Assembly: GCA_002269645.1 (NCBI GenBank)
Contig: NIVC01003617.1
Location: 1-64,000, forward strand
Direction: 5' to 3'
Source: Macrostomum lignano
Lineage: Eukaryota
Length of the DNA stretch: 64,000 bases
Shown here: positions 26,881 to 38,735 of the stretch, piece after piece
Numbering within the stretch: the stretch's first letter is position 1
Layout: every line of letters starts with the position of its first letter
The notes under the pieces: model-generated
Seen by the model: the letters and a program-made list of their open reading frames with translations, nothing else
Database searches by the model: none
Told to the model about the DNA's origin: nothing
Program-made: the position numbers and the translations under genes

Positions 26881-29590
26881 AAAGAGTGAATAATGATGAG
26901 GTTAGTTAATAATTAATAATTAGGCCCTTAGGCAAATAATCAGGCAATTAGGCGGCTTCACTATTGAGTAAAAGTACAGCAAAAGATACGGTATCACAAT
27001 TGGCTCAGCTCTCTAATCAAGCAATGGAAAATAGGCAAACCCCGGATAAGCAAAGGCAATTAGAGCACAAAATAGTAACAGAAACTTACCGGCAGCTGCA
27101 CAGAGAGAGAGAGAGCGATGGAGTGACCGAGGACGGCTGTAGGCTGCAGTCAGGCAGACAGTGAAGCGGCGATGCGCTGAAGCGACGAGGCGCTGATGTA
27201 GATCAGGCGATGCTGATGTTGCTGGGCGGTATCAGACCGTTGGCCGATAGGCGAGCTCATTTTGGGAGCTAAGGTGACTTGGCGGTATCAGACAGCGGGC
27301 CGGCAGGGATTCGCCCTATAGACGAATAGGTCAGAGCTACGTCTGACAGCAAGTCTAAAGAAAGACGAGGAGCCCGAAGGTTGAGGATTCTCATGCCGAA
27401 ATCGCTTCCTTATATAGCCTTCCCAGCCGCCGCTCCAAGGTCGTTACCATGACTCCCTCTCTCTGATTGGCTGCCGGCAGAATGACGTCAGAATGAGTCA
27501 TGATGAGAAGCATGAGACCGGCATAGCAACATGAGAAATGGGAGAATTGCGCAATCCGGAGGCGGCGTGGGGGATAATTGGCGCAGCGGGAGGCCGCGAA
27601 AGTGTTGCGCAATCAAACATTGAGAACAATGGGGCGGGGGTCGAGAACAAAGGAATTGGAAATCGGGGATAATTGGGGAGAACCGAGAACAATAGAAAAG
27701 CAAACATTGGAGAAAGGTGATAATTGCGAAAGGTGCGAAAATGAGAACAATAGAAAGAGAAAATCGGAGAAAATGTGATAATTGGTGGGGATAAAGAGAA
27801 CAAAAGAATAAAAAACGAGAACAATAGAAGCGGAGGTGGGGTGGGTGTCGCATGAGAAATTTGGGGAGGAGAACAATAGCATAAGAAAAGGTTGCGCAAG
27901 AGAGGGGAATAAGTCGTCGATGAGTCATCGAGGGGATAGAGGGGTCACACGACCTGCGTCACCGTTTGGGAGTTTGAGAAGGGATGGGGGCGGTGAGCAC
28001 ACAAAATACTGTAAGTAGACGCAGGGAAAGGGGGACAGCGCAGGAAAATAGTGCAGAAAGAGACAAAAAGAGAGAAGGCAGGAAAATTACACGAAGAATA
28101 GAGGGAAGCGCAGAGGAGATAGGGTAGAAGGGGAGGTACAGAGAGGGGTAGGGAGCTCCGGAAAGGCAAGTGTGGCGGCAGGGGAGACGGAGCCAAGGCA
28201 GCAGGAGGTGCAGCAGAGCGGTAGTCTGCAGGCCTGGTCGAAGACCTTAGCCCAGTCTCGACGGCTCTGCGCAGGGGGTGCACGGCGATGAGCGGGACCC
28301 TTCGAAAAAGTTTCCCTACCAGAGCGTGGTTACATCAGTAGTTAATAATACATGTACCTTTGCACGCTTAATATTTAACAACAAAACTTATCTCTACTTT
28401 TGCCACTTTAATTTACTGATTGCAAGTGGATCCACACGCAGCCGTGGAGTGGATTGGAGCATAAGAAAACTCCAGCGTTGGAGCGAGTACTGGAGCTGAT
28501 ATAAACGTCCAGTACTGGAGTTTCGGTTTTGGCACTGGAAAAGTGCAGATAACTCTTTTGGATGACCTTCTGGCGCTCTGGGACCGGCGCCAATCGACTC
28601 AGGGAGCCGAAATCTATCAGAAAATGTTGGGCGCATAGGCGCTAAAGCCACTCTGCAAAATGCCAAAATGTTGTATCCTCCCCGCCGGCCTAGGTGCACT
28701 TGTCAAATCTGCACCTGATCAACCTGCTGTCAGTAAAGATTCTGCAAGTAAACCGTCTGTCCTGCAACTTGCAACTAATCAAAACTACGCAAGCCGCTGA
28801 GCAGTGTCGCACTAAACTGCACGCTAAAATCGACCATCAATCTAGTATTGGAGTCTGCAAGGCTCTAATGCTGGAGTTTCCTTTATATTCCACTACTGGA
28901 GTTACGCCAAAATGCACTTCTTTCCGAGCCATACGACTGTAAGATATATATGCTAGTATCAGAGAACTCCGTATAAACTGTAAAAGGCAAACATAGATGG
29001 CTATAACAAAGTTAGCATATATACAGGCCAGGTGTTTGAAAGAAACATTCAGCTACGGCTTCAGTTTGCGAAGTCGGTGAGAGCAAACGGGGGTTAATTG
29101 CCTGGACGTCTCGGGAATCTCACCATGCCTTTATACATGTAGATGAAGTTGGCCAGCCTTCGAGACACTTGCACAGCCGATCTGCATGGGTCCAGTTGAA
29201 CATGGAAAATTTTTTCAAGGATCTTCTCAAATGCAAGCACGGAAGTGTTAGCGCAACGCTGCCCAGAATCAAGAGAATGGGCATGACAGAAGCAGCTGCA
29301 AAGAACTCTCTATAGTAGTGAATTCTCTACAAGCAGTGGAAGTATGACCAGGCAAGTTTGTTTCAATGATTCGACCAGTCTGACAAATTTTATTTGTGTG
29401 AACGTAGTCACTGTAATAAATAAAGGCTTTTCCTCGGTAGAAAATCGAGCAACGTGGATAAACTTACATGTAGCTCGTCAAAACTGACATTCTCTTCAAT
29501 TCATCGGTGACATCATGCTGACAACATGCGGATGGCGAAGCTTGAAGTTGTAGTCGTGAAGTTGAAAAGGCAATTAACGGGAGCACGAGA

Positions 29591-29806
29591 ATTTCCCGCA
29601 GGAATTTTTCCCGCCGAGCTTTCTCCGCAGGAGCTTTCCCGCAAGAGATTCTCCCGCAGCGAGTTTTTACCGCAGCGAGAGTTTCCCGCAGGAAATTTCC
29701 CCGTCGAGATTTTCCCGCCGAGCTTTTACCGCCCAGATTTTCCCGCACGAATTTTCCCCGCAGACTTTTTCCAGCAGAAAGATTTTCCCGCAAGAAATTT
29801 CTCGTG
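29591..29806 (+). repeat. Degenerate ~15-bp tandem repeat built on a TTTCCCGC core (~14 copies), followed by a (CTGT/CTGC)n microsatellite
   Basis: atttcccgca, ttttcccgcc, ctttcccgca, gtttcccgca, etc., read directly. Confidence 0.85.
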
Positions 29807-31472
29807 ATTGCCTGTTTACCTTCCTACCTTCCTACCTGTCTGTCTGTCTGTCTGCCTGCCTGCCTGGCTGCCTGTGTCGAATTTATCAAAAGAAAATCGC
29901 GTCTCTGCTAGCTTTCCTTTTTATAATTTCTTTCTTAAGGTAAACTTATTCTTATTCTTCTTATTCTCATAGACCCGCAATTAACGCCTCCTCGCTGCGT
30001 CCGGATGCCTGGAACCCCTGCAGCTAAGTCAAGTAACCCTCTACTACTGTACACAACTCTCAAATCTGCTCAATAACTTGCATGTAGATAGTGCATGTGC
30101 ACTTGCCAAGCAGAGAGAAGGCTAAACACTTCTACCCGGTATTGTGCTTCTCAGTTCAAATACGTATTTAAGAAATTAATAACATGCAATCCGTGTTTCC
30201 CATTCAAGTTATTTTCAGCAGTACAGCATTTTTGCGCCCCCTCATAATTGGTACCCCTCATACTCATGTTGGCCTCCCAAACTTGGACCGCCCCCTCCCA
30301 AAATGAAATTCTAGATCCGCCATTGCTCGTGCATGATAAGACTAACTGAATTTACTATTACTAATATACCTATACAGTGTTTAACCAACAGGTGCTGCAG
30401 AGACAGAGGGCGAGAAGGAGAAAGGGAGGCCAAGAGGGGTAGACAAACTATTGAGACTACTGTAATGTAAAATCATATACTTTATACCTCTCGCCCTATG
30501 GCTCTACCTCCAACTATTCTTTGTGACCGTCGTGTGACCATATTTGTGTCATCAAAGAGAATTCGATAAAACAGGAATGTTTCAGAACAGGACAGAGTGA
30601 ATTATCGTAAAAAGCATAGGTAAAAGCAGTGCAGCCTGTTTTATTTTAGAGTCACATGTTTATAATACCAGGTTTGGCGAAAAAACGCGCTGCATAGTTC
30701 TCTCAAAGTTTGATTAGCAAAACTCGACAGGGGGGACAAAAACTGGTTACAGCAGTACAGAGCGAGAGAAAGAGGGTCACCGTTTGATGGTAGTGAAATA
30801 TTGCAAAGAGGTCACGGATTAAATGTTCTACATGCCACAGTCACAGAGAAGTGTGACCAAACATATTTAAACGGCTAACAGCTAATTTCTGTCCAATGTG
30901 GCTGAATAGTCATACATGTCGTAGTCGTCACTGTCGTCTTCTTTCTGAGATCCTTCTACGAGGATCCTGCGTGCACTCTGCGTTCTGTGCATCGGCAGCA
31001 GCGTAATGCACATTGCTTTGTCTCATCTCGACACCTGCCAAGAATGAGAGAAAAATTCCTTGTATTTAAAATGCAAATGCATGGTGAAAAGCATTCCAAT
31101 ACAGTTCATAGCTAATCTGTATTGTTAGCACTTGATGCTGGAGTGACTATGAGCGGAGAAGCTGAATAGGTTATGTACGCGACCAAAACAATTCACTGAT
31201 TTCACTAGGAAGAAGCTAAATACATGCCATCTTACCATCTACGTACTCTTTTTGTTTCAAACGACCTCATTTAACGAATTCTGCTGATGATATTGTAGAG
31301 TGTATAAGCGGCAGCACATAATACTCATATTTTTTACTCACTGCTAATTCCACGCGAAGATAAATAACTGGCAAAGATTTCCTCTGAAGGAAATCTGATA
31401 ATATGCTCCTTCATTAGTCCTTCGTTCGCCCTTAGCACTCGCAACACTCGTAGATGATAGCACGCGGAGCAG

Positions 31473-31770
31473 CGATCGTCCTCCGCTTGAGCCGGTGGTC
31501 ACTGCGACAAGCGGCAGGCAGCAAACAGTCCTGCGATCGTCCTCCGCTTGAGCCGGTGGTCACTGCAGCCGAAGCGGCAGGCAGCAAACATTCCTGCGAT
31601 CGTCCTCCGCTTGAGCCGGTGGTCACTTCAGCCGAAGCGGCAGGCAGCAAACAGTCCTGCGATCGTCCTCCGCTTGAGCCGGCGGTCACTTCAGCCGAAG
31701 CGGCAGGCAGCAAACAGTCCTGCGATCGCCTCCGCTTGAGCCGGTGGTCACTGCAGCCGAAGCGGCAGCA
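31473..31770 (-). repeat. 63-bp tandem repeat, ~5 copies (inner end of right arm)
   Basis: cgatcg(t)cctccgcttgagccgg at 31473, 31534, 31597, 31660 and 31723. Confidence 0.95.
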
Positions 31771-32029
31771 TTCATCGGATCCTTGCAAAATAGAATTTCT
31801 TTTCTGGCATCCCAAATCCTAAATGGCTTTCATAAACGCACAGTTCCCCGTTGGAAAGCCGAATACTAAGTGCGGCGTCAGCGTTAGCTGACTCGCATGT
31901 ACGCACCTGAAATAATGAGAGTGAAGCGTCTGAAGTAAATAATGATGCATTATCTTTTTAAATAATACCAAAACGAAACAATCTTCTCAGTTTCGAACAT
32001 AAATGGAGACAGTACGCAGGGGCACAGTG

Positions 32030-33930
32030 GGAGATAGCCTGGAAGTGGTTGCCATGGAAGGGGTAGCCTGGGAGGAGTAGTCAGGAAGGGGTTTTGGGAG
32101 AGGTAGCCTGGGAAGGATAGCCTGGGAGGAGTAGCCTTGAAGGGCTGCCTGGGAAGGGTAGCCTGGGAGGAGTAGTCAGGAAGGGGTTTTGGGAGAGGTA
32201 GCCTGGGAAGGATAGCCTGGGAGGGGTAGAATGGGAGGGCTGCCTGGGAGGGGTAACCAGGAAGGATTGCCTGGGAAGGGTAGCCTGGGAGGGGTAGAAT
32301 GGGAGAGCTGCCTGGGAAGGGTAGCCTGGGAAAGGTAGCCTAGGAGGGGTAGAATGGGAGGGCTGCCTGGGAAGGTCAGCCTGGGAGGGGTATAATGGGA
32401 GGGGTAGAATTGTAGGGCTGCCGGGGAAGGATAGCCAGGAAGGATTGCCTGGGAAAGGTAGCCTGGGAAGGGTAGCCTGGGAGGGCTGCCTAGGAAGGGT
32501 AGCCTGGGAGGGGTAGAATGGGAGGGCTGCCGGGGAAGGATAGCTTGGGAGAGGTAGCCTGGGAAGGGTAGCCTGGGAGGGGTAGCCAGGAAGTATTGAC
32601 TGGAAGGAGTCTGGGAGGGCCTGGGAGGGCTGCGGCTGCCTAGGAAGGGTAGCCTGGGAAGGGTAGCCTGGGAAGGGTAGCCTGGGAAGGGTAGCCTGGG
32701 AAGGGTAGCCTGGGAGGGGTAGCCTGGGAAGGGTAGCCTGGGAGGGGTATAAAGGGATGGGTAGAATTGTAGGGCTGCCGGGGAAGGATAGCCAGGAAGG
32801 ATTGCCTGGGAAAGGTAGCCTGGGAAGGGTAGCCTGGGAGGGCTGCCTAGGAAGGGTAGCCTGGGAGGGGTAGAATGGGAGGGCTGCCGGGGAAGGATAG
32901 CTTGGGAGAGGTAGCCTGGGAAGGGTAGCCTGGGAGGGGTAGCCAGGAAGTATTGACTGGAAGGAGTCTGGGAGGGCCTGGGAGGGCTGCGGCTGCCTAG
33001 GAAGGGTAGCCTGGGAAGGGTAGCCTGGGAAGGGTAGCCTGGGAAGGGTAGCCTGGGAAGGGTAGCCGGGGAAGGATTGCCTGGGAAAGGTAGCCTGGGA
33101 AGGGTAGCCTGGGAAGGGTAGCCTGGGAGGGGTAGAATGGGAGGGCTGCCTAGGTGCCTAGGAAGGGTAGCCTGGGAGGGGTAGAATGGGAGAGCCGCAA
33201 GGAAAGGGTAGCCTGGGAGGGGTAGAATGGGAGGGCTGCCTAGGAAGGGTAGCCTGGGAGGGGTAGAATGGGAGGGCTGCCTAGGAAGGGTAGCCTGGAA
33301 GGGGTAGAATGGGAGAGCTGCCTGGGAAGGGTAGGCTGGGAAGGCCGAAGGGTAGCCAGGAAGGATTGACTGGAAGAGGTAGCCTGGGAAGGATAGCCTG
33401 GGAGGGGTAGAATGGGAGAGCTGCCTGGGAAGGGTAGCCTGGGAGGGGTAGCCAGGAAGGATTGCTTGGAAGAGGTAGCCTGGGAAAGGTAGCCTGGGAG
33501 GGGTAGAATTGGAGGGCTGCCTGGGAAAGGTAGCCAGGAAGGATTGCCTGGGAGAGGTAGCCTGGAAGAGTAGCCTGGGAGAGGTAGAATGGGAGAGCTG
33601 CCTAGGAAGGGTAGCCAGGAAGTATTGCCTGGGAGAAGTAGCCTAGGAAGGGTAGCCATAGAGAAGTAGCCTAATAGGGCTGTCTGGGAAGGGTAGCAGC
33701 CTAGGAGAGATTGAATGGGAAGGATAGCCTAGGAAGGCTACTTGGGAGAGGTAGAGTAAGAAAGGTAGCCTAGAGGGGCTGTCTAAGAGGGCTGCCTTGA
33801 GGGTTTGCTTAGAAGGGCTACCTAAGAAAGATAGCTTAGAAGGACTACCTGGGAGGAATAGCCTAAAATAGAGAGCCTAGATGTCCTGGAAGGGGAACCT
33901 AGAAGGGCTACCTAGAAGAGGTAGCAAGGG
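32030..33930 (-). repeat. G/A-rich minisatellite, 14-bp unit GGGAAGGGTAGCCT, with a ~357-bp internal duplication
   Basis: Pure units at 32641-32730; marker aagtattgactggaaggagtctggg at 32591 and 32948. Confidence 0.93.
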
Positions 33931-36900
33931 AGATCCAAGGGTCCCAAGGGGGCATAGCCATGATATCCTTCTTAACTATGGTTAAAAAACTTTGGATCAT
34001 ATTTTTGGCCTATAACTATATAAGTGCAAGGTCTATTTTCTAATTTTAGGTTATAGTTGCTTTGTATAGTTTGCCCTTTTCAAATTTCTCTAGATATTTC
34101 CTTGAAAGATAATTATAAAGGCTAGCCAAAGAAAAATAGCTTAGAATAAAGAAGCCTAGCTAGAATAAACTAGATTAGGTAGACTAAGTGAGGTAGACTA
34201 GCCTAGTCTAACTAGGTAAGGTAGTCATAAAGGTTGTTTAAAAAAGAATAATAGCCTAGCTAAGCCTTGGTAAGCTATAGTATAGGCAAAACTTTTTTAT
34301 TTACTTTTTTAACTTTAACAACAAAGTAATAGGCTAGGCCTATACTAACAAAATATATTTGTTAAATGTTCATAGTAGTATAGTAGGCTCTATACTAGAA
34401 TTAGAACTAGAAATGTTTATGTTTAATATAGGCTTTACAAATAATTTACTTGTCTAGGCCTAATATTAATAACAAAAACTTTTTTATACTTATAGTCTAA
34501 AGACAAAGTAGCTACCTAGCTATATGAGCTATATGTCCATATAATATATAACACTTGATTAGACCTAGCCCTACCTTTAGATGGCTACAATAAAAACCTA
34601 TACTAGCCATAGATAAGCCTAGCATATGCTATATATAGGCCTAGGGCTGGGGCTAGGCTCTAAAATTTCAACCAAGAAGCCCAGATATAGATTAGAAAGA
34701 ACTTATCTTATCAACTCATATCTAGTCATTATTAGCCTATCCTAGCCTTCTAACTAAAGATAATATATCCCTGTTATTTTAAAGTAGACCAGAAAATGTG
34801 AATTGGCCTATACTATAGTACAATTAAATTCCAACAATGAAATAGTTGCTTGATATCAAAGGTAGCTTTTTGAACTAGGCCTAGTCAATTAGTCCAGTTG
34901 TGTCTAAGCCTAGTAAAGGTAAAGATTAACTACTTGCTAATGCTTAACAATAATGAAATGGCTTAGTATTAAACTGTAACGACTCTTGTACTTAACCATT
35001 ACCCTAGCCTAAAACTATTAGTACTTAGGACTTTCTATCTAGGCCCCTAGCTCATTTTAAATCGACGGAAATTTTACCAGCCGATTGAATATATTCGTTG
35101 GCTTTAGTAGGCCTTGCGAACATGATCTTTGAACACAGAACTTGTTCGCAACAGCCTTAAAGGCGGTCAGCGATCATGTTCAATTTGGCTTTATAAAGCG
35201 GCGTATCTGTCAACACGGGTGAATATTAATAAAATAATAATAATATAATTTAGTAATGAAAACGAGAATATAAAAAATAATAATAATATTTAAAATAATA
35301 ATTAAAGATATTTATTACAGTACTCTTACAACAAATTGTTTTCTTTGAAATCAAATTCTGCATTGACAAAAAATGTTATAATGTGTAGCGGTTCGGGGCG
35401 GTGCGGTGCGTGTTTTAGGGAGACCCCTCAACGGATATTTTTTTCTTCAAACAGATAATTAAAACAAAAATGAATTCATGTTTCAGAAATCGAATCATGA
35501 GGCATTCTCTACTCTGACGCCATATTCAGCTTTAAAATAATATAAGTGGAAATTTTTTGTCCTAAAGAAAAAACATTGGCACGAATACAAATTGTGTGTT
35601 TAAAGAGATGAATTTTAGTAGTAGTAAATTTGGCTCAGGCTTAAGGAGCCTGTTATGCCAGTATGATCCGATTTATTTATTCAAAAGGTTAAATTTTACA
35701 CGGTCGCTGAAAACGAGTACTACACGATATTTGTATTAAGTAAGGTATTTGAAAGGGCGTCAAGAATTTTTTTACGGTTTTTTTAGCCGATTAACGACTA
35801 AAGACGGAAGCAGCAAGAATCTAAGCAGGGAAAAATAGAAAATCGATGTTGTATATATATGACCTTAATGCAAAACGATTCTTCTAAAATGCGATTCAGA
35901 AAAGGTAGTTAAATATTATTTTGTCAATATAACAAATATCTAGTATAATTGAGGATTATAATTGAGGGGAAAAAAAGAATTTTAGTGAATTTAGAAGTAT
36001 TTGTTTGACAGAATAATATTTAACTACTCTTTTTGAATCGCATTATAGAATAATCGCTTTGCATCGATCAAGGTCATACGGTATCGGTTTTTTATAATTT
36101 CCTACTTAAAATCTTGTTGTTCTGTTGTTAGTCGTTAGTCGTTCGAAAATACCGTAAAAATTCCAGACGCTCTTTCAAATACCTTACTTATACAGATCAT
36201 TTTTAGAAAGCTCTTGAGGTTTACATTGCAGATAATCAGCGTGATAAATAGTTCAATTTTTACTTTACATCAGCGGCCTGGCTAAACAAAAGAATCATTT
36301 TGTCAATCATAAAAGACTCGTCATGTAAATCATAAAATGAATTGTCATATGTCAGCTAGCCATAAAAGACTTTCTAAAGATGCCAATTAAGGTTAATAGG
36401 AGGGAATTGCTGAGTTGCCAACGCTCATGGGGAAATCGCTAAAATTCTGTGGCTAAATGCTCATGAAGAATCGCTGAGATGTCAACGGCTTTCGGAGGAG
36501 GTTTGGTGCAATGTACGTTGCACATGGCTTTTGATTATGAGATGTCAAGGTTCATTTGGGAAAGGAAGAATTTGTTTCAGAATAACCTACACTTGTGGGT
36601 TTTGAACAATTTTACAGCCACAACTGTTAGTAATTAAGGAAAATAATGTTGAAAGCAAAAAAGCATCCTAAGCTCCCATAGCAAATCACCCTTTGAGCTT
36701 TGGCTGAGCATCTGAGCAACCTCTCCAAGAGCCACAGCGTTTTAGGAATCCCCATGCACGAGACTTTTACATTTCAGAAATCCCCTTCGAGACTTTTCCC
36801 AAACAAAAATGTGACAACGCAAAACTGCCGTCAAAAAGAAACGCACCAGCTCAGCTACTGTGTAATTACAAAGCGTGCATCACACACCGTACTCAACAGC

Positions 36901-37251
36901 CTCTCACACTACGACGCCTGATATTCTGACGTAAGGAGCCTTGAAGGAAGATGCGCCTCAGAAGCCTACATCAGCAGGAGATTTCCGCGCTGTCGATGCA
37001 CAACGATCGAGGGTCAAGTAAGAGCTAACAAGAGAGTGACCCTAAGTGACCCAGTCGATGTTCACCTAGTGGGAGGGAACTGAAGTCTCAGTCGTTCTCA
37101 AGCGAGTCCACCAACAGTCCGACAGGTTCTGCGGGGTGAGGGCTCAGTGGGCTGACTTATAGAAGGCTGCGTGCCAACACCGCACTCCACAAACTCAGCA
37201 AAGCCTCAAGGAGCGGGAAAACAGACGGACGCCCGCCCGCTCGCCGCGACA

Positions 37252-38735
37252 GATGGCTCGCTCACAGACAACACACCAGATGGCTCGCTCACAGAAACAA
37301 CACACCAGATGGCTCGCTCACAGACAACACACTAGATGGCTCGCTCACAGACAACACACTAGATGGCTCGCTCACAGACAACACACTAGATGGCTCGCTC
37401 ACAGACGACACACTAGATGGCTCGCTCACAGACAACACACTAGATTGCTCGCTCACAGACAACACACTAGATGGCTCGCTCACAAACAACACACCAGATG
37501 GCTCGCTCACAGAAACAACACACTAGATGGCTCGCTCAACAGACAAGACACCAGATGGCTCGCTCACAGACAACACACTAGATGGCTCGCTCACACACAA
37601 CACACCAGATGGCTCGCTCACAGACACAACACACTAGATGGCTCGCTCACAGACACAACACACTAGATGGCTCGCTCACACACAACACACCAGATGGCTC
37701 GCTCACAGACACAACACACTAGATGGCTCGCTCACACACAACACACCAGATGGCTCGCTCACAGACACAACACACCAGATGGCTCGCTCACAGACACAAC
37801 ACACCAGATGGCTCGCTCACAGACACAACACACCAGATGGCTCGCTCACAGAAACAACACACCAGATGGCTCGCTCACAGAAACAACACACCAGATGGCT
37901 CGCTCACAGACAACACACCAGATGGCTCGCTCACAGACACAACACACTAGATGGCTCGCTCACAGACACAACACACTAGATGGCTCGCTCACAGAAACAA
38001 CACAACAGATGGCTCGCTCACAGAAACAACACACCAGATGGCTCGCTCACAGAAACAACACACCAGATGGCTCGCTCACAGACACAACACACTAGATGGC
38101 TCGCTCACAGAAACAACACACTAGATGGCTCGCTCACAGAAACAACACACTAGATGGCTCGCTCACAGACAACACACTAGATGGCTCGCTCGCAGACACA
38201 ACACACTAGATGGCTCGCTCACAGACACAACACACCAGATGGCTCGCTCACAGACACAACACACTAGATGGCTCGCTCACAGACACAACACACTAGATGG
38301 CTCGCTCACACACAACACACCAGATGGCTCGCTCACAGACACAACACACCAGATGGCTCGCTCACAGAAACAACACAACAGATGGCTCGCTCACAGACAC
38401 AACACAACAGATGGCTCGCTCACAGAAACAACACACTAGATGGCTCGCTCACAGACACAACACACTAGATGGCTCGCTCACAGAAACAACACAACAGATG
38501 GCTCGCTCACAGAAACAACACACCAGATGGCTCGCTCACAGACACAACACACCAGATGGCTCGCTCACAGAAACAACACACCAGATGGCTCGCTCACAGA
38601 CACAACACACCAGATGGCTCGCTCACAGACACAACACACTAGATGGCTCGCTCACAGACACAACACACTAGATGGCTCGCTCACAGAAACAACACAACAG
38701 ATGGCTCGCTCACAGACACAACACAACAGATGGCT
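37252..38735 (+). repeat. Minisatellite of 27/29-bp units (GATGGCTCGCTCACAGACACAACACACCA), ~52 copies
   Basis: Direct reading; the overlapping periodic ORFs are by-products. Confidence 0.97.

Larger units (their letters stand above)
31453..35194 (-). repeat. Right long inverted-repeat arm (~3.7 kb)
   Basis: Reverse complement of 21676-24995, with indels and different minisatellite copy numbers. Confidence 0.97.
21159..35426. mobile_element. 14,268-bp non-autonomous Mutator/Foldback-like DNA transposon
   Basis: TIRs at 21159-21211 and 35374-35426 (GGGTCTCCCTAAAACACGC..., 48/53 identical). Perfect 9-bp direct repeat CTCAACGGA immediately outside both ends (21150-21158, 35427-35435). Very long internal inverted repeats containing tandem arrays. 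A 9-bp TSD with G-starting TIRs is typical of MULEs, including Drosophila FB. Confidence 0.8.

Noticed and set aside
27225-27293. LTR primer-binding site (GGCGGTATCAGAC twice)
   Set aside because: It only resembles the iMet PBS TGGTATCAGAGC, and no adjacent LTR or gag/pol was found.
28990-29400. Transposase remnant on the minus strand (CFCHAHSLD..., RLLSPTSQTEAVAECFF)
   Set aside because: Hints at hAT or P-like motifs are too weak and conflicting; needs TBLASTN/HMMER.
21676-35194. Separate nested TA-TSD element defined by the long arms
   Set aside because: TA flanks both AAGCC...GGCTT ends, but inverted similarity continues outward (ccc.tgttgaca..gata at ~21398-21410 vs ~35204-35225), so an independent boundary is not established. 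It remains an alternative to test.
21159-35426. Inverted repeat as a chimeric-read assembly artefact
   Set aside because: The arms differ by many substitutions, indels and array copy numbers, enclose a 6.5-kb unique spacer and are bounded by a TSD.
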